NCBI GenBank assembly: GCA_016217735.1 | Contig: JACRGQ010000065.1 | Location: forward strand, 1,077-65,076 | Origin: Nitrospinota bacterium | Lineage (GTDB): Bacteria; Nitrospinota_A; UBA7883; JACRGQ01 | DNA length: 64,000 nucleotides | Direction of reading: 5' to 3' | Shown here: positions 60,747 to 64,000 of the stretch, piece by piece | Layout of the letters: each line of letters opens with the position of its first letter | Numbering within the stretch: the stretch's first letter is position 1 | The notes under the pieces: model-generated | The model's input: the letters and a program-made list of their open reading frames with translations, nothing else | Told to the model about the DNA's origin: nothing | Database searches by the model: none | Made by a program: the position numbers and the translations under genes

Positions 60747-63227
60747 TTATCCACCGGGCTGAGGCTCTTGAGCGCTGGGCGAAGTCTTGCTGTTTCTTAG
60801 TTTGTCGTATGCTTCGATGAAAGCTTTTATCACTTCGTCCGTGAGCCATTCTATGCGGCGGTTAACCGCTTTGTAAACCTCATCAAGCTCAAAAGATTTG
60901 TCGAACTCTTCGATTCTGTTTCCAAAGGTGGTGTCCGTAATGTCTTTAAGCAATAACTTGGCGTCATCAAGTTGGGTTAGATTCCTGACAACATGCTCAG
61001 TTACCTCCTTTCTGTGTTTTCCTTCACTTGTCCAGCATTCGTGCGCCCAGAAATATAGCAGGGAAGGTGCGTTTTGTTTGTATGTGAACAAGTTGGGTTC
61101 TTTCTTAAGGCGTTCTATTACAGCTTCGACCATTGTATTGAAATTGTATTTAGCTACTTTGCTGTACCCTTGTTCTCGGTAGTACTTAATTGTTCGGACA
61201 AGGAAGAAAGCCTGCAATAAGCCCTCCTGTTGAATTAATCCCATAATTTTTTTCTCTCTAGTTTTCGTGTCATCAGTATTTAAAAATTGCAGATATATAG
61301 GCATGATCCCGGATTCATATTTTGAATCCCGAATAGGTTCATTTTTGCCGCAAAATAGGTCATCCTGATTTTTAAGGAATACACCGATCATTGCCTCTAG
61401 CATTGAGTCGTCAAAGGAATCCCTATGGATGCTAATATTGCGGAGAAGATCATCCAGTTTGCCCTCGTTGTTAGCCTTAACGCATGCTGCTTGGAAATAA
61501 TTCCCCTTGTCTGTGCTGTTCACTAATCCCCGAATAAATAATTGGAAATCCTTATCGCTTAAGGTCTTTGGTGGTATTACGTAGGTGAAATATTTATCGA
61601 AACAATCCGGATGGTGGATTCTTCGCTCTCTCCTGGCTTCTTCTGCGTTATAGGGGCTTGGAACCTTTATTCTGGCAGAGTTCGGAAAGAGATGGTCTAT
61701 GAGTGCTAATAAATCCTTTGATTTGGCTGGGTCGGCGATTTTCCCGATAATCATATCAGTCACTTCGGCGGCGCGCTTTTCTTGATTTTTCTTTTTCTCA
61801 TCTTCCTGAGAAAAGATTAGGAGTAGCCGTTCGCCAAGTGATCGCTGGTTGAGAAACACCTCCTTATTGTCAAAGATTATTCTGATTGTTTCCGGGGAAA
61901 TGCTTGCTATGTATTCCAAGTAAAGATAGTCGTCATGGTTTACTTCGGTTTTGATTAAAGCAAATTTCGAGAAAAGTGCATTGCAGAATCTTTTCACATG
62001 GCGGATATTTCTAAAAAATGCGGAGAGGTCGTTAGCCGCAACAATTGCACTTTCGTCAACCTCATGTTTCCTTAGGAATGAAATTATTCTCGCTTTGGCA
62101 TATTTGGAAATTGCATGCTCAGGAATGACAGGCAGAGGCAATTGGAGATTTACAAATTTCTCAAAGTATTCATTGTCTTTGGAAAGTACTTGTTTGACGG
62201 CAACATCATCAAAAGCCAACAGGAAAATAACATTGCGCAGGTCGGCATTATTGCGCACTAGCTTAAGAACCATCATGATTTCTTTGGCGTCAAGTCTGTC
62301 GATATCATCGATAATGACAATTATTCTGTGATCCATCCTTGCTAAGAGATTAGGAAGTTCCTGTCTTACCTGTTCGGCGGTGTTGGCCACGCTGGCCCAT
62401 TCGCCAATAAATTGCTTCAAGTCCATTAGTGATAGTTTTGAGGAAAGCAAAAACCGGTAAATTTTCAGATCGGAGATTAACGTGGGGAAATAGAGCTTCT
62501 GGCCAATCCCTTTTATTAGCGAATCAAAAAAGGCGCGATGTAGGGCATCCTCATCCTTATATAGCCAAGGACTATAATCGACAACAATTGTCCTTTTTGT
62601 ACATTCAAGTTTTTTCCTCACCAGGTTAACAACTGATGTTTTGCCGTCACCCCATTCGCCTGATATGCCAAAGACAAACGAACCCTTGGTGTCAACGGAG
62701 GTAATGCTGTCACAAAGCGATTTTACAAAGACACCTCGTTCCAGTTCATCTTCTCCCTCCTCTGTTATTGCATTGTCGGGCATAAGTGCCGCGGTATCCA
62801 AGTTGGATTGACTGGCGATGAGGCGTTGCACCTGTGAAGCATAAACGGTAAAGCAAATAATGATGATGTAGTTAATTGCGGGTGTGCCAATAAGATTTAG
62901 CCGGTCAAAGATAACAAAAAATGCAATCAGGACAAGATGGTCGATTAGTAAAAGGGGTGGGAGTCTAATAAGCGAGGTCTCCCAATACTTTTTTGCCGAA
63001 ATCCATAGGTGTGCGGCAAAAAAAATAAATATTGATGACACGATAATCTTAATTGAGGGGAGATGTGGAAAGGGAGGTTGGTCCACAAAATCGACGATGG
63101 CCCAATATAGGGCAAAGTCCCACTTACGGTCCAGGACGATAAGCGCAAGGATAAATGCGGGCAGGTATCTTCTTATATGAAGATAAAAGTCTTCAGCAAG
63201 CGCAGATAACCACTTCGGACATTTCAA
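60747..63227 (-). CDS. KAP-family P-loop NTPase with an N-terminal ~4-TM membrane module
   Basis: Walker A GISGEWGDGKTSVVN and Walker B IIVIIDDIDRLD are typical of the KAP family. N-terminal hydrophobic helices (AFILALIVL, IIVSSIFIFFAAHLWI, LVLIAFFVIF, INYIIIICFTVYA). Hand-counted 60-nt lines give 33-38% G+C, against 72% for one counted line in rho. Confidence 0.8.
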   Translation of the reverse strand: MKCPKWLSALAEDFYLHIRRYLPAFILALIVLDRKWDFALYWAIVDFVDQPPFPHLPSIKIIVSSIFIFFAAHLWISAKKYWETSLIRLPPLLLIDHLVLIAFFVIFDRLNLIGTPAINYIIIICFTVYASQVQRLIASQSNLDTAALMPDNAITEEGEDELERGVFVKSLCDSITSVDTKGSFVFGISGEWGDGKTSVVNLVRKKLECTKRTIVVDYSPWLYKDEDALHRAFFDSLIKGIGQKLYFPTLISDLKIYRFLLSSKLSLMDLKQFIGEWASVANTAEQVRQELPNLLARMDHRIIVIIDDIDRLDAKEIMMVLKLVRNNADLRNVIFLLAFDDVAVKQVLSKDNEYFEKFVNLQLPLPVIPEHAISKYAKARIISFLRKHEVDESAIVAANDLSAFFRNIRHVKRFCNALFSKFALIKTEVNHDDYLYLEYIASISPETIRIIFDNKEVFLNQRSLGERLLLIFSQEDEKKKNQEKRAAEVTDMIIGKIADPAKSKDLLALIDHLFPNSARIKVPSPYNAEEARRERRIHHPDCFDKYFTYVIPPKTLSDKDFQLFIRGLVNSTDKGNYFQAACVKANNEGKLDDLLRNISIHRDSFDDSMLEAMIGVFLKNQDDLFCGKNEPIRDSKYESGIMPIYLQFLNTDDTKTREKKIMGLIQQEGLLQAFFLVRTIKYYREQGYSKVAKYNFNTMVEAVIERLKKEPNLFTYKQNAPSLLYFWAHECWTSEGKHRKEVTEHVVRNLTQLDDAKLLLKDITDTTFGNRIEEFDKSFELDEVYKAVNRRIEWLTDEVIKAFIEAYDKLRNSKTSPSAQEPQPGG

Positions 63228-63403
63228 CTTCTGCCCCGTTCCCGTCTTTTCTCAAATAATATTGTGTTTTCTGTCCCCATATAAAAAAGTCTATACCTTG
63301 CGGCAAAAGTGGTCAAACTCATTTCTTTTTGCCTTTCCACCTGAATGGCGGAAAGTGCTGGAGCATTCCGCCTCCGCTTCTGAATTGCGCTATACTAAAT
63401 AAA

Positions 63404-63748
63404 ATGAAACTGGCTGTTGGGCAAGGGGAAATAGCCGCGTTTTGCAAGGCGCGCCACATCAGGAAGCTTGCGCTGTTCGGTTCCGTATTGTGCGGTGATT
63501 TCCGCCCGGACAGCGACATCGACGTGCTGGTTGAATTTGAGCCAGGGCATTCCCCCGGCCTTTTGAAGATGGCGGGTTTTGAAATCGAGTTGTCGGAATT
63601 GTTCGGCAGGAAAGTCGACCTGCGCACACCCGCCGAACTAAGCAAGTATTTCCGCGACGAAGTGCTCCGGCATTACGAAGTGCGCTATGCGGCAAACGGA
63701 AGATATTCCGCCATTGGCGGAGCGTCTCGAGAAAATCCTGAAAGATAA
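63404..63748 (+). CDS. MntA-type nucleotidyltransferase without an intact HepT partner
   Basis: LFGSVLCGDFRPDSDIDVLVEF NTase motif. TATACT at 63391-63396 lies 7 nt before the ATG, with no SD. There is an unusual 15-aa C-terminal extension after ...EVRYAA. Confidence 0.8.
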   Translation: MKLAVGQGEIAAFCKARHIRKLALFGSVLCGDFRPDSDIDVLVEFEPGHSPGLLKMAGFEIELSELFGRKVDLRTPAELSKYFRDEVLRHYEVRYAANGRYSAIGGASRENPER

Positions 63749-63839
63749 TTCCGCCGCTCCCTGATCCTTTGGGGGTTCGGCCAAATGCCGCAATCACCCC
63801 CGGCCTCCGTGCCGGAGTCAAGCACGGTTGGGCAATGTG

Positions 63840-64000
63840 ATGGAAATGGCGCATTTGGCGCATCTGAAGCTCTTGGCGCGGGCCAATCCGGAAGATTTGG
63901 AGCTTTTGGAGCCTCTGGGAGGATTTGAAAGAATTGAAAGGGAAATTTGCGCCAAACCGGCTCATTGCCCCTGTTGCGGCAAATCCTCTCCAAAAATTTT
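63840..64000 (+). mobile_element. Possible 5' end of a transposase gene (ISL3-like zinc-ribbon N-terminus), truncated by the window edge
   Basis: Open frame MEMAHLAHLKLLARANPEDLELLEPLGGFERIEREICAKPAHCPCCGKSSPKI... The LL..P.....L...E...CP.CG pattern resembles zf-ISL3. Only 53 codons are visible. Confidence 0.25.

Noticed and set aside
63687-63764. 25-codon frame overlapping the second NTase 3' end, as a HepT remnant
   Set aside because: Only a faint LERLEKIL resemblance to DUF86 N-termini. This is too short and too weak to call, so it is mentioned in a finding but not annotated.
1-64000. rRNA, tRNA, tmRNA and riboswitch genes
   Set aside because: Visual scan of all intergenic gaps over 60 nt found no T-loop (GGTTCGAATCC-like) or anticodon-arm patterns, no rRNA-like segments and no riboswitch cores I recognise. 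Absence is not proven without covariance-model searches.

Overview
This is a 64-kb, gene-dense window of about 60-70% G+C from a diderm (outer-membrane-bearing) bacterium; lpxK, an lpxC domain, pal, lolA and an OMP barrel are all present. All calls are manual motif recognition on the supplied ORF track, with no database search. The backbone is housekeeping: rho, rpmE, prfA, prmC, murA, rarA, ligA, hisG, pyrE, trxB, purN, ychF, rseP, queH and cinA. Respiratory and redox modules are a Rieske/split cytochrome b complex with a pentaheme cytochrome c, ccmA-B-D-C, and nirK plus DUF2249 behind a PAS/sigma54 activator, along with TlpA and a CYCXC protein. Signalling genes are a CHASE2 class III cyclase, a class I adenylate cyclase, an HD-GYP protein and a LuxR-type regulator. 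The main oddities follow. (1) One uninterrupted ORF fuses a receiver domain and a degenerate sigma54-type AAA+ module to a complete LpxC. (2) A tight envelope cluster encodes an OMP, a WD40 protein, three paralogous LPP20-like lipoproteins, a trypsin-like protease, the CHASE2 cyclase and a FecR-like protein. (3) A low-GC island carries a membrane-anchored KAP P-loop NTPase, an orphan nucleotidyltransferase and a possible IS start. (4) Two convergent toxin-antitoxin pairs have both toxins truncated. (5) Several intergenic repeat families are present, including a ~92-nt multi-hairpin element with compensatory substitutions. No rRNA, tRNA or CRISPR array was seen.
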